DNA from: Pseudomonadota bacterium
GTDB taxonomy: Bacteria > Pseudomonadota > Alphaproteobacteria > SMXQ01
Assembly (NCBI GenBank): GCA_022566265.1
Contig: JADFJG010000002.1
Span: 9,173-73,172 of the forward strand
Direction: 5' to 3'
Length of the DNA stretch: 64,000 bases
This document shows positions 1-8,933 of this stretch, one piece after another. The notes beneath the pieces are model-generated. The model was not told the DNA's origin. It did not search any database and was given only the letters and a program-made list of their open reading frames with translations. Numbering within the stretch: position 1 is the first letter of the stretch; each line of letters begins with the position of its first letter. A program made the position numbers and the translations under genes.

Positions 1-107
1 CTAGTACGTACTTTCATAGATAGGGTGATACATCATCGGGGCCACCCGGACCAAGGGAAAGCGGGGGCGATCCCGACGCCACCGTCCGGCGTTCGCGCGG
101 GGCCCCA

Positions 108-440
108 TCAGCGGGCCAGCGGGACGGTGGGGGTCTCCGGCTGGGACGGGCCCGGCTCGACCGGCGCCTCCTGGGCCGGGGTCCCCGCCCCGCCTTCATC
201 CAGGATCGACCGGGGCGTGCGTTCGGCGCTGGCGAGTATCGCCAGCAACAGACTCATGCCCACGAACAGCGCCGCGATAACCGCCGTCGCCCGGGTCAGG
301 AAATTGGCCGTACCACGGCTCGTCATCATGCCGCCGCCGCCGCCCATGCCTAGCGCCCCACCCTCGCTACGCTGGAGCAGGACCGTGACCACCAGGGCCA
401 AGGCGAGACAAAGATGGATAACAAGTAGGATCGTCGTCAT
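108..440 (-). CDS. secG: preprotein translocase subunit SecG
   Basis: Translation MTTILLVIHLCLALALVVTVLLQRSEGGALG...GMGGGGGMMTSRGTANFLTRATAVIAALFVGMSLLL matches the SecG pattern: two TM helices plus a Gly-rich loop. Lies immediately downstream of tpiA, as is typical. Start taken at the internal Met, not the ORF-track Met. Confidence 0.8.
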   Translation of the reverse strand: MTTILLVIHLCLALALVVTVLLQRSEGGALGMGGGGGMMTSRGTANFLTRATAVIAALFVGMSLLLAILASAERTPRSILDEGGAGTPAQEAPVEPGPSQPETPTVPLAR

Positions 441-535
441 GACCGATACAACAAAGCGCCACTCACACAAGCGGCCGGGTCCGATGCCGGCCGGAAAATT
501 TCACACGACCTTTTACTCGCTTCCCGGCGAAACCG

Positions 536-1315
536 CTAGGGACAACTTCGGGCAATGGACCAAAAATCGTCGGCATGGAGCGATGCGCCGCCGACCAGCG
601 CCCCGTTGACCTCCTCCAGCGCAAGGATTTCGGCCGCGTTGGCGGCATTGACCGAGCCGCCGTAAAGAATCCGAATCGAACCGCCCTCGGCCGAGGCGCC
701 GCCGAGTATTCCACGTATATGGGCGTGCACCCGGGCGATTTCATCCAAACTCGGCGTCAGCCCGGTGCCGATCGCCCATATCGGCTCATAGGCGATCACC
801 ACCTTAGCGGCGCCGGGGGCGATGCCGGGACCCTTGGGCAAAGAGCCCGCCAACTGCTTCTCGAGCACGCCGAGGGTCTCACCGGCGCCATACTGGGCCT
901 CGGTCTCGCCGATGCAGACGATGGCGCAAAGCCCGGCCCCGAGCGCCGCCTCCGCCTTGGCGCGCACCAGCGCGTCGGTCTCCGAATGGCCGGCGCGGCG
1001 CTCCGAATGGCCGACGATGGCGTAAGTGGCGCCCGCGTCCTTCAGCATTTCGGCGCCGATATCGCCGGTGTGGGCGCCCTTGGCGTCGGCATGGCAGTCC
1101 TGGCCACCGACGGCGATGGGGCTTTGGCCAAGGGCCTCGGCCACCCGCCACAACAGGGTCGCCGGCGGGCAGACGAGAAGATCGCAGGCCGGCGATTCCT
1201 CCCCCTTGGCCGAAGCGGCGCGGCGGGCGAGATCGGCGGCAAGGGCGAGGCCATCGCCGCCGAGGCCGTTCATCTTCCAGTTGCCGGCGACCAGAGGCCG
1301 GGGGGGATCGGTCAT
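536..1315 (-). CDS. tpiA: triosephosphate isomerase
   Basis: 259 aa. Motifs LVAGNWKMNG, AIVGHSERR, IAYEPIWAIGTG and ILYGGSV are diagnostic of TIM. Confidence 0.95.
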   Translation of the reverse strand: MTDPPRPLVAGNWKMNGLGGDGLALAADLARRAASAKGEESPACDLLVCPPATLLWRVAEALGQSPIAVGGQDCHADAKGAHTGDIGAEMLKDAGATYAIVGHSERRAGHSETDALVRAKAEAALGAGLCAIVCIGETEAQYGAGETLGVLEKQLAGSLPKGPGIAPGAAKVVIAYEPIWAIGTGLTPSLDEIARVHAHIRGILGGASAEGGSIRILYGGSVNAANAAEILALEEVNGALVGGASLHADDFWSIARSCP

Positions 1316-1584
1316 GATTTCCGCTCTATTCCGCTCATGGGCATCATCCCTGGCGGCCCGCCTGGACCGGCGCGAGGCCCGAGCGAGGCCGACCGCGGCG
1401 CCAAGACGCGCCTGTTTATCACAGGACCCGGCCGAATGCCACCGGCAAGCCGGGCCAAGGCTTCGGGGCCATTTCCCGGTTGCGGCGCACCAACGGCGCT
1501 CTTATGATGCCGCGCCGCCCAAAGCCATGGCCGGGGAGGCCTTTGGCGGTGGGTGTTGGACGAGTTGGCGGGACCCTTTGAGTC

Positions 1585-3465
1585 ATGCTCCAAGCCCTTC
1601 GCAAACAGACCGGCTCCTGGATCGTCAAGATCCTGCTCGGGCTTCTGATCCTCAGCTTCGCCGTCTGGGGCATCAACGATATCTTCCTGGGTGAACGCGA
1701 CCCGGTGGTGGCGGAGGTCGGCGGCGTCAAGATCACCAGTTCGCAGCTCAACCGCGAATTCCGCCGCGAGCTCGCCCGCGTCTCCCCGATGTTCGGCGGC
1801 CGTCTCGACCGCGAACAGGCGAAGCAGCTGGGTCTTCTCGACGGCGCCCTAGACGGGCTCGTCAACCGGATACTGTTCTCCCTCGGGACGCGGGACCTCG
1901 GGCTCGCCATCAGCGAACAACTGGTCAAACAAACGATTCGCGCCAACCCGGAGTTTCATGACGACCGCGGCCGGTTCGACCGGCGCCTGTTCAGCAATGT
2001 CCTGTTCCAGAACAATCTCACCGAGGACCTTTACGTCTCCATGATAATGGAGGATTTGGCGCGGTCGCAGCTGATCTCGGCGGTGGCCTCCCTTAGCCAG
2101 GTGCCGCGAAAATCGGTGGAGACGATCTACCGCTACCGGCATGAGCGGCGCATCGCCGAACACGTCCTCGTGCCCGCCGGTTCGGTGACCGGTGTCGGCG
2201 TTCCCGATCAGGCCGCCATCGACGAATTCTACAAGGCCAATAGCAGCCGTTACATGGCGCCGGAATACCGCTCCGTGACCTATGTCAGCCTGGATCCGGA
2301 CATCCTGGCGACGGAAATCCGGGTTTCCGATGACAAGCTGCGCGAGGCCTACGAGGCCCGGCGCGACGAGTTCACCGCCCGCGAACGGCGCCAGGTCGAT
2401 CAGATCGTGTTGACGGACGAGGCGACGGCGCGCCGCGCTTACGGTTTCCTGCTCGACGGCAGGAATTTCCCGTCCATCGTCGAGGAGCTTGGCGACAACA
2501 AGACCAACCTCATCTCGCTGGGTTGGGTCGAGCGCGCGGATTTGTTGCCCGAGCTCGCCGATCCCACCTTCGCGCTCAAGGATGGAGAGGTCACCGATCC
2601 GGTCAAGAGTCCGCTGGGCTGGCACATTCTCCGGGTCACGGCTTCCGAGAACACGCGGGTCCGGACCTTTGAGGAGGTGCGCGGGAAGCTTCGCAAGGAC
2701 ATCGCCCGTGACCTCGCGCTCGAGGGCATCTCGGAATTCGCCAACGGCATCGAGGACGCCCTCGCCGGCGGCGCCAGCCTCGAAGAGGCGGCGGGCAAGC
2801 TCGACCTCAAGGCGGTCAAGATCAAGGCGATCGACGGCAAGGGACGCTCGCCCGAGGGCAAACCGGTGGACGATCTGGCGCGCGATGGGGCCTTCCTCAA
2901 GCTCGCCTTCGCAACGTTCCAGGGCGAGGAAAGCCCGCTGACCGAAACCGAAGCCGGCGGTTATATGATACTCAGGGTCGACGCCATCACTCGACCCAAA
3001 CCCAAACCGATCGAGAGCGTGCGCCAGAAAATCGTCACCGCCTGGCAGACCGAGCAACGCGCCAAGAAGGCGAAGGAGCGGGCCGAGGCCATCGTCAAGC
3101 GGGTCACGGCGGGAGAGAAACTCTCCGCCATCGCCGCCGAGGAGAAACTCGCCTTCAAGGTCACGCCGCCTTTCGACCGCACCGGCCAGGACGCCAGGCT
3201 CGGCGCCGTGCGCGTGCTGGTCGCCAAGCTGTTCGCCGCCAAGCCGGGCGAGGCGGTGATCGGGGAAACCCCCGGCGGCACCATCGTCGCCCGGCTTACC
3301 GAGGTCAAACCGGCGCAGCCGTCAGCGGACAAAAAGGCCGTCGACGCGACCCGCGATTCCCTGCGCCAGGGCATCGCCAGCGATCTCCTCGAGCAGTTCG
3401 CCAGCGCTTTGCGTCAGCGCTACACGGTGGAGATCAAGCGAAAGACCATCGATTCCCGGTTCTGA
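1585..3465 (+). CDS. ppiD: periplasmic chaperone / peptidyl-prolyl cis-trans isomerase D (PpiD/SurA-like)
   Basis: 626 aa. N-terminal membrane anchor (KILLGLLILSFAVWGINDIF), a long chaperone region and a parvulin-like segment. Located upstream of trpE. Confidence 0.8.
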   Translation: MLQALRKQTGSWIVKILLGLLILSFAVWGINDIFLGERDPVVAEVGGVKITSSQLNREFRRELARVSPMFGGRLDREQAKQLGLLDGALDGLVNRILFSLGTRDLGLAISEQLVKQTIRANPEFHDDRGRFDRRLFSNVLFQNNLTEDLYVSMIMEDLARSQLISAVASLSQVPRKSVETIYRYRHERRIAEHVLVPAGSVTGVGVPDQAAIDEFYKANSSRYMAPEYRSVTYVSLDPDILATEIRVSDDKLREAYEARRDEFTARERRQVDQIVLTDEATARRAYGFLLDGRNFPSIVEELGDNKTNLISLGWVERADLLPELADPTFALKDGEVTDPVKSPLGWHILRVTASENTRVRTFEEVRGKLRKDIARDLALEGISEFANGIEDALAGGASLEEAAGKLDLKAVKIKAIDGKGRSPEGKPVDDLARDGAFLKLAFATFQGEESPLTETEAGGYMILRVDAITRPKPKPIESVRQKIVTAWQTEQRAKKAKERAEAIVKRVTAGEKLSAIAAEEKLAFKVTPPFDRTGQDARLGAVRVLVAKLFAAKPGEAVIGETPGGTIVARLTEVKPAQPSADKKAVDATRDSLRQGIASDLLEQFASALRQRYTVEIKRKTIDSRF

Positions 3466-3468
3466 ATA

Positions 3469-4977
3469 ATGGACAATTCGCCTGACTTTCGTGACTTTGC
3501 CCGCATTTACCGGGCAAAGCAGGGACAGGTCGTGTGGACCAAGCTGGTTGCCGATCTGGAGACTCCGGTCTCGGCGATGCTCAAGCTGTCCGAGGGGGAG
3601 ACCAACAGCTTCCTGTTCGAATCGGTCGAAGGCGGGAAGGTGCGCGGGCGTTACTCCTTCATGGGGTTCAAGCCCGATCTCATCTGGCGCTGTCACGGCG
3701 ATCGGGCCGAGATCGACCGGGCCGCGCGCACGCACGTGGACGCCTTCGAGCCCTGCTCCGGCGGACCGCTCGACTCCTTGCGCGCGATCATCGCCGAATC
3801 CGGGTTCGAGACGCCACCCGAGTTGCCGCCGATGGCGGCGGGGCTTTTCGGCTATATGGGCTACGACACGGTCCGCCTGATGGAGCGCCTGCCCGACGAC
3901 AACCCGGACGATCTCGGCATTCCCGACGCCATATTCCTGCGCCCGACGATCATCGCCATCTTCGACAACATAGAGGACGCGATCACGCTCATTACCCCGG
4001 TGTGGCCCGCCGACGGTATCGACGCGCGCGCCGCCTATGACGCGGCTTCCGCGCGGCTCGGGGAGGCGCTCGAGGCGCTCGAGGGGCCGCTGCCCTACCG
4101 TCACGAGACCGCCGCCGGCGAGATCGCGGCGCCGGTCATCCAATCGAACACGACGCGCGAGGCCTACCACGCCATGGTCGAGACGGCGAAGGCGTATATC
4201 CACGCCGGCGACATCCTCCAGGTCGTGCCCTCGCAACGCTTTTCCGCGCCTTTCCCCCTGCCGTCCTTCGCGCTGTACCGGTCGCTCAGGCGGCTCAACC
4301 CGTCGCCGTTCCTGTTCCACCTCGATTTCGGCGCCTTCCAGATCGTGGGATCGAGCCCGGAAATCCTGGTCAGGCTGCGCGACGGCGTCGTCACCATCCG
4401 CCCCATCGCCGGGACCCGAAGGCGTGGCGTCGACGCCAAGGAAGACCGCGCGCTGGCCGAGGACCTGCTGTCGGACCCGAAAGAGTTGGCGGAACATCTG
4501 ATGCTGCTCGATCTCGGGCGAAACGACGTCGGCCGGGTGGCAAAAGTCGGCACCGTCAAGGTCACCGAGCGGAACATCATCGAGCATTACTCCCACGTCA
4601 TGCACATCGTCTCCAACGTCGAGGGCGATATCGAGCCCGGCCTGGCGGCGCTCGACGCGCTCATCGCCGGCTTTCCCGCCGGCACCGTCTCCGGGGCGCC
4701 CAAGGTGCGGGCGATGGAGATCATCGACCAGCTCGAATGCTCGCGCCGCGGCATCTATGGCGGCTGCATCGGCTATTTCGCCGTCAACGGCACCATGGAC
4801 ACCTGCATCGCGCTCAGAACGGCGCTGGTCAAGGACGGCACCATGTACGTCCAGGCCGGCGGCGGCATCGTCGCCGATTCCGATCCGGAGGCGGAATACC
4901 AGGAAAGCTGCAACAAGGCCAAGGCGCTGATCCGCGCGGCGGAAGAAGCGGTGAGGTTCGCCGCCGCCAAGGGCTGA
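3469..4977 (+). CDS. trpE: anthranilate synthase component I
   Basis: 502 aa. Chorismate-binding C-terminal motifs are present: IAGTRRRG, SGAPKVRAMEII, GIYGGCIGYF, QAGGGIVADSDPEAEYQE. Confidence 0.95.
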   Translation: MDNSPDFRDFARIYRAKQGQVVWTKLVADLETPVSAMLKLSEGETNSFLFESVEGGKVRGRYSFMGFKPDLIWRCHGDRAEIDRAARTHVDAFEPCSGGPLDSLRAIIAESGFETPPELPPMAAGLFGYMGYDTVRLMERLPDDNPDDLGIPDAIFLRPTIIAIFDNIEDAITLITPVWPADGIDARAAYDAASARLGEALEALEGPLPYRHETAAGEIAAPVIQSNTTREAYHAMVETAKAYIHAGDILQVVPSQRFSAPFPLPSFALYRSLRRLNPSPFLFHLDFGAFQIVGSSPEILVRLRDGVVTIRPIAGTRRRGVDAKEDRALAEDLLSDPKELAEHLMLLDLGRNDVGRVAKVGTVKVTERNIIEHYSHVMHIVSNVEGDIEPGLAALDALIAGFPAGTVSGAPKVRAMEIIDQLECSRRGIYGGCIGYFAVNGTMDTCIALRTALVKDGTMYVQAGGGIVADSDPEAEYQESCNKAKALIRAAEEAVRFAAAKG

Positions 4978-5032
4978 TCGCAATCAATCGCTTGGTCCCC
5001 GCCGCAGCCGGGGTGGAGAACGGCCTAACCGC

Positions 5033-6229
5033 CTACCTTTCGCGCATCGCGATGGCGGAGATCGGCACCAGCACGAAGCCCCGCGCGATCACGTCGGGCA
5101 GCCATTCCTCCAGCACCTCCAGGGTGGCGTCGCGGGGATGGCCGATGGCCACCGCGAAACCGGTATGGGTGGCGATCAGCTCGACCTCCCCCAAGCGCTG
5201 GCGTACGGTCTCGGTCAGGGCCTCGTTGTCGAGGAAGACGTGGCGGCGCGCATTGGGCACGCCGAAACGCCTGGCCATCCTGGTGCCGACGGAGTCCTGC
5301 GTCGTCCGGGAATCGAGGAACATCAACCCCTCGGCGCGGAGCTCGCGCACCACCGTCGTCATGCCCTCGGCGTCGCCGGTGAATTTGCTGCCCATATGGT
5401 TGCTGATGCCGACATAGCCGTCGAAACGGCCGAGCGCCCAGCGCAGCCGGCTAAGAATGTCCTTCGGCTCGAGGTCGCCGATAAGCGCGTTCGGCCCCGG
5501 GTCTTCGTCCACCGATTCGGGCTCCATCGAGACATGCACCAGAAGTTCGTGACCGGCGGCGCGCGCGGCCTCTGTCTGGCGCCTTAGATCCGAGCCGTAA
5601 GGAAGATAGGCAAGCGTCAACGGGCCCGGAAGGGCGATCGCGCGGGCCGACCGGGCGCGGTCCAGTCCCATGTCGTCGATGACCACGGCGATCATCGCCC
5701 TGCCATCCAAGTTGGAGACCTTTACCGCGTTCCGCCGCCAGCGGAGCCGATCGTCCGGGATGGGCGGGAAGGTGGCGCTGGGCAACGCCGCGACCTCTTG
5801 CGGCGCCGGCACGCGCCCGTCCTTATTTTCCGCGGCGCCGGCGGTTCGAACCACGGGCACTTGTTCAGCGGCGGGTTGTCGAGGGACGGAATTTTCAGCA
5901 GTGGCTTGCTCAGGCACGGATTTCTCGCCGACGGATCGACCGCCAAGCTCGCCGACCCGCCGTTTCGGCGGACCGTGCTTGAAGACCACCCGGGGCGGGC
6001 GGAACGGCCGCGCCTTCCTGGGCACAATTTCATCCGCTTGGGAAATCCCCTGCCCATCGGCGCCGGCGATGACCGCTTGGCCCCCTTCCGACGGCCCGAA
6101 CAGGAAGGTCATCCCGACGCCGACGCCGACGCCGACACACAAGGACAGGAAAGCGATCACCAAGGGCAACGAGAGGCCCCGGGACAACCGCTGTTTCATC
6201 CTTTGCAACAGGCCCCAGCCGAGTTTCAC
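5033..6229 (-). CDS. divergent polysaccharide deacetylase family protein (YibQ-like)
   Basis: 398 aa with an N-terminal TM segment and a low-complexity linker. C-terminal region (MIAVVIDDMGLDRA...LAYLPYG...HELLVHVSMEP...GISNHMGS) matches the divergent polysaccharide deacetylase / DUF610 fold. Confidence 0.65.
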   Translation of the reverse strand: MKLGWGLLQRMKQRLSRGLSLPLVIAFLSLCVGVGVGVGMTFLFGPSEGGQAVIAGADGQGISQADEIVPRKARPFRPPRVVFKHGPPKRRVGELGGRSVGEKSVPEQATAENSVPRQPAAEQVPVVRTAGAAENKDGRVPAPQEVAALPSATFPPIPDDRLRWRRNAVKVSNLDGRAMIAVVIDDMGLDRARSARAIALPGPLTLAYLPYGSDLRRQTEAARAAGHELLVHVSMEPESVDEDPGPNALIGDLEPKDILSRLRWALGRFDGYVGISNHMGSKFTGDAEGMTTVVRELRAEGLMFLDSRTTQDSVGTRMARRFGVPNARRHVFLDNEALTETVRQRLGEVELIATHTGFAVAIGHPRDATLEVLEEWLPDVIARGFVLVPISAIAMRER

Positions 6230-6504
6230 TTCACGCCTCCAGGGGAAGAAAGTTCACCGGAGGCGTCCGGCGCCCATATCCCGGCGCCGACACTATACCG
6301 AAACCCGTTGGCGCCGATCCAGCCAAATCCCTTGGCCATGTGCGCTCCGCCACGACAAGAAGCGCGAGAAGAAGCGCGGAGTTGACAATCAGGGGATCGC
6401 CAGCCCCATCCATTGCGCGAGCAGCCGCGCCTGGCTTCGGCGCGTCGGCGGCCAAGGCCACAGTTTTGGCTGGCGCGGGAGAGGTTCCATTTCGACGCGC
6501 CATC

Positions 6505-7167
6505 TCAGAAAAGATTCCAGATCCTTTCCCAGAGGCCTTGTTCCTCGTGTGCGTCGTTCACGAGTGCGTTGACGAAGAGGACGAGGTTCGTCGGATCGAA
6601 CCTCAGACCGTGAAAATTCGCCCGCCAGCGCCCGTCCCGGTCGATCACATGGGTGACGACGCTGTGAACCTGGTAGCCGCCATCCACCTCGGTAAACTTG
6701 TGACCGAACTTCTCCACCAGTTCTCGCGTGGCGGTCAGCCGATCCGGGCCGCTGGTGAGAAACGTCCAGTTTGCCCGATCCAAACCATGTGCCGTGCCAT
6801 AGGCCCGCATGACTTCGGGCGTGTCCCTCCTGGGATCGCTCGTGATCGTCACGAACCGTACCAGATCGCGCATCGGCGTCTGGTTGACCATCTTCTGAAT
6901 CTCGGCGATGCGTTCCGCGTGCAGCGGGCAGACGTCCGGGCAGTTGGTGTAGATGAAGTAAAGGACGACGACCTTGCCTCGAAGGTCCCGCAGCCCGACG
7001 GTTCCGCCGTCGGCGTCCTGGAGCTCGAAGTCCGGCGCTTCCTTGTCGAGAGGCTGGAAGTATTTTTCCTTGTTGTGAAGTTGGTTTTCGAGAGACTTCA
7101 GGGAATGAGCGGACACGGGAGGCGAGGCCGCGGCGACCAGCGCGAGGCCGAGAATAGCGGCGGCCAT
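6505..7167 (-). CDS. SCO1/SenC family copper chaperone (thioredoxin-like)
   Basis: Signal/anchor MAAAILGLALVAAA, then YFIYTNCPDVCPLHAERIAEI (the CxxxCP SCO motif) and a conserved downstream His. Start uncertain; upstream in-frame Mets exist at 7200 and 7224. Confidence 0.8.
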   Translation of the reverse strand: MAAAILGLALVAAASPPVSAHSLKSLENQLHNKEKYFQPLDKEAPDFELQDADGGTVGLRDLRGKVVVLYFIYTNCPDVCPLHAERIAEIQKMVNQTPMRDLVRFVTITSDPRRDTPEVMRAYGTAHGLDRANWTFLTSGPDRLTATRELVEKFGHKFTEVDGGYQVHSVVTHVIDRDGRWRANFHGLRFDPTNLVLFVNALVNDAHEEQGLWERIWNLF

Positions 7168-7217
7168 TTTCGATGTGTTCACCGGGATACCTCGCATAGC
7201 GCCATGGCCGAGCCCCT

Positions 7218-7553
7218 TCAGCATCCCGTCTTAATGAAGGCGCTGATCTCGCCGGGCGCGGAAAAGATGACGAAGCTCCGGTCCCCCCGCATGGCTGCCT
7301 TGATGACGACCGGAGTCCCCGGCGCGGGTCCATCCGGGCTCCCGTCGGTCTTGAAGCGAAGATCGAACTCGCGATAGTCGATGGGAGACCCCGCTTTCGT
7401 GATCACGCGGTACGTGCCCTTGCAATAGGTGATGGCCTCGACCCGCTGATCGGCGGGCGCGTCCGCCAAGTGCAGCTTCTTTCCCTGCTGGTGGGCCAGG
7501 GCCGTTCCCGTCCACAAGCCGCTCGCGACGAGGATGATTGCCATCTTCCTCAT
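7218..7553 (-). CDS. secreted/periplasmic protein of unknown function (copper-cluster member)
   Basis: ORF with a signal peptide (MRKMAIILVASGLWTGTALA) and a C-terminal Cys. No recognisable family. Co-directional, with minimal gaps to the neighbouring copper-cluster genes. Confidence 0.5.
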   Translation of the reverse strand: MRKMAIILVASGLWTGTALAHQQGKKLHLADAPADQRVEAITYCKGTYRVITKAGSPIDYREFDLRFKTDGSPDGPAPGTPVVIKAAMRGDRSFVIFSAPGEISAFIKTGC

Positions 7554-7658
7554 GATGCGGTTCTCCTGCTGTCTCATGTTGCGGTCCTCCTGCTGTCGAA
7601 ATGGTAAAACGACCGGCAACCCGGTTTGTGGAACAGGCCACCAGCCGAAACATGTCCT

Positions 7659-7955
7659 TTACCCCTTGTTCTTCTTCGGCGTCTGGCCGGGTTTCTGGGG
7701 CTTTTCTTGCTGAGGCTGCACCATGGCCTGCATCATCTGGTTGCAGGTCGCCATCATCTGGCTCATCTGCCCCATCATGTTCATCATGCCCATCATGCCG
7801 CCCCGACCCATCTGGCCGCCCTGACCCATCATCCCTCCTTGGCCCATCATCGACCCCGGTGATTTGCTTGTTCCGTCGGCATAGACCGCTGGCGCGGAAA
7901 TGATTCCAGCGATCAAGGCCGCCACGGCCGCCAATGTTTTCAGTTGGATTTTCAT
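7659..7955 (-). CDS. methionine-rich periplasmic (putative Cu(I)-binding) protein
   Basis: Signal peptide MKIQLKTLAAVAALIAGIISAPAVYA, then an extremely Met/Gly/Gln-rich tract (SMMGQGGMMGQGGQMGRGGMMGMMNMMGQMSQMM). This resembles the Met-rich Cu(I)-binding motifs of periplasmic copper-resistance proteins. Start taken at the internal Met. Confidence 0.6.
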   Translation of the reverse strand: MKIQLKTLAAVAALIAGIISAPAVYADGTSKSPGSMMGQGGMMGQGGQMGRGGMMGMMNMMGQMSQMMATCNQMMQAMVQPQQEKPQKPGQTPKKNKG

Positions 7956-8034
7956 GTCGGTTCCTTTTTCCAAAGTTGAGATTGAAGTGACGAAACGGGG
8001 AACGGTCCCCCATCCCATCACGGTTCCCCGTCCT

Positions 8035-8349
8035 TTACGCACCCCCGTCCGAGCCCCTCTTGAAGTCTGACCCCTTTCGGGGGGTCTTGTTGCCGGATGA
8101 GCACGATTCGCCCCCGGCCTTGTTCATGCAGAGCCCCAGGGCGCACATCGCCGCGCAAGGGAGGACGAATAGCAGGATGGGTGCGATACCCACTGCGACT
8201 AGCCAACCCCAGTTCATTGCCATTCCAGCGGCCGCGATGCCGATTGCCAGGACAATCAGACCGCGTCTGCCGCCGATGTGGGGCCAGATTGCGTTCACCA
8301 TGCCCTGGACCGGCGCGACCGAAGTTCCTCTTGAACGTGTCGTGCTCAT
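8035..8349 (-). CDS. small Cys-containing membrane protein (DUF2933-like, metal-resistance associated)
   Basis: 104 aa with one or two TM segments and a CAAMCALGLCM cysteine cluster. A GGGAGAA RBS precedes the first ATG. Such small Cys-rich membrane proteins are commonly found beside CopA/CueR loci. Confidence 0.5.
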   Translation of the reverse strand: MSTTRSRGTSVAPVQGMVNAIWPHIGGRRGLIVLAIGIAAAGMAMNWGWLVAVGIAPILLFVLPCAAMCALGLCMNKAGGESCSSGNKTPRKGSDFKRGSDGGA

Positions 8350-8411
8350 TTGTCGTTCTCCCGCGTTTGATCATTGGTGGACCGAATGAACAACCTACCG
8401 AGAGGTCACAA

Positions 8412-8858
8412 CTAGCTAACCGGTGCCCTGGACTCCACCTCGCCGTTGGCGAGATCGGTGAGTATGGGGCAATCGGGCCGGTCGTCGCCGTGGCAACGCG
8501 CGGTCAGATCGAGCAGCGTTTCACGGATCGAGCGTAACTCGGCGATCTTCAATTCGATGGCGTCGATGTGCCTGAGCGCCAGCGCCTTCACATTGGCGCT
8601 GGCCCGCTCCTGATCGTTCCACAGCGACAACAGACCGCGCACATCGCGGACCGAAAAGCCGAGGCCTCGTGCCCGCTGGATGAAGCGAAGCACGGCGACG
8701 TCGCGCTTGGAATAGGCGCGGTAGCGGTTGGCGGCGCGTACCGGCTCATCGGTCAGGCCGATGCTCTCGTAATAGCGCATGGTCTTGGCGGAAACGCCGG
8801 TCAGCGCCGATGCGGTGCCGATGTTCATGTAAGGACTGAGTCCGAGATCGTCGGGCAT
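8412..8858 (-). CDS. cueR: MerR-family Cu(I)-responsive transcriptional regulator (CueR/HmrR-like)
   Basis: N-terminal HTH (MNIGTASALTGVSAKTMRYYESIGL), a dimerisation helix, and a C-terminal CHGDDRPDCP metal-binding loop typical of CueR. A strong SD (GAAGGAGG) precedes the ATG at 8858. Confidence 0.85.
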   Translation of the reverse strand: MPDDLGLSPYMNIGTASALTGVSAKTMRYYESIGLTDEPVRAANRYRAYSKRDVAVLRFIQRARGLGFSVRDVRGLLSLWNDQERASANVKALALRHIDAIELKIAELRSIRETLLDLTARCHGDDRPDCPILTDLANGEVESRAPVS

Positions 8859-8933
8859 GGGAGACCTCCTTCGAAGCGGAATCGAACGTCGGCAATCAGG
8901 GCGCCGAGGCCCCGGGCTGAAAATACGCCAGGG

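Noticed and set aside
1-107. Possible 3' end of a gene downstream of secG (for example pyrG)
   Set aside because: Only a 12-codon reading frame reaches the window edge on the minus strand. That is insufficient to call anything.
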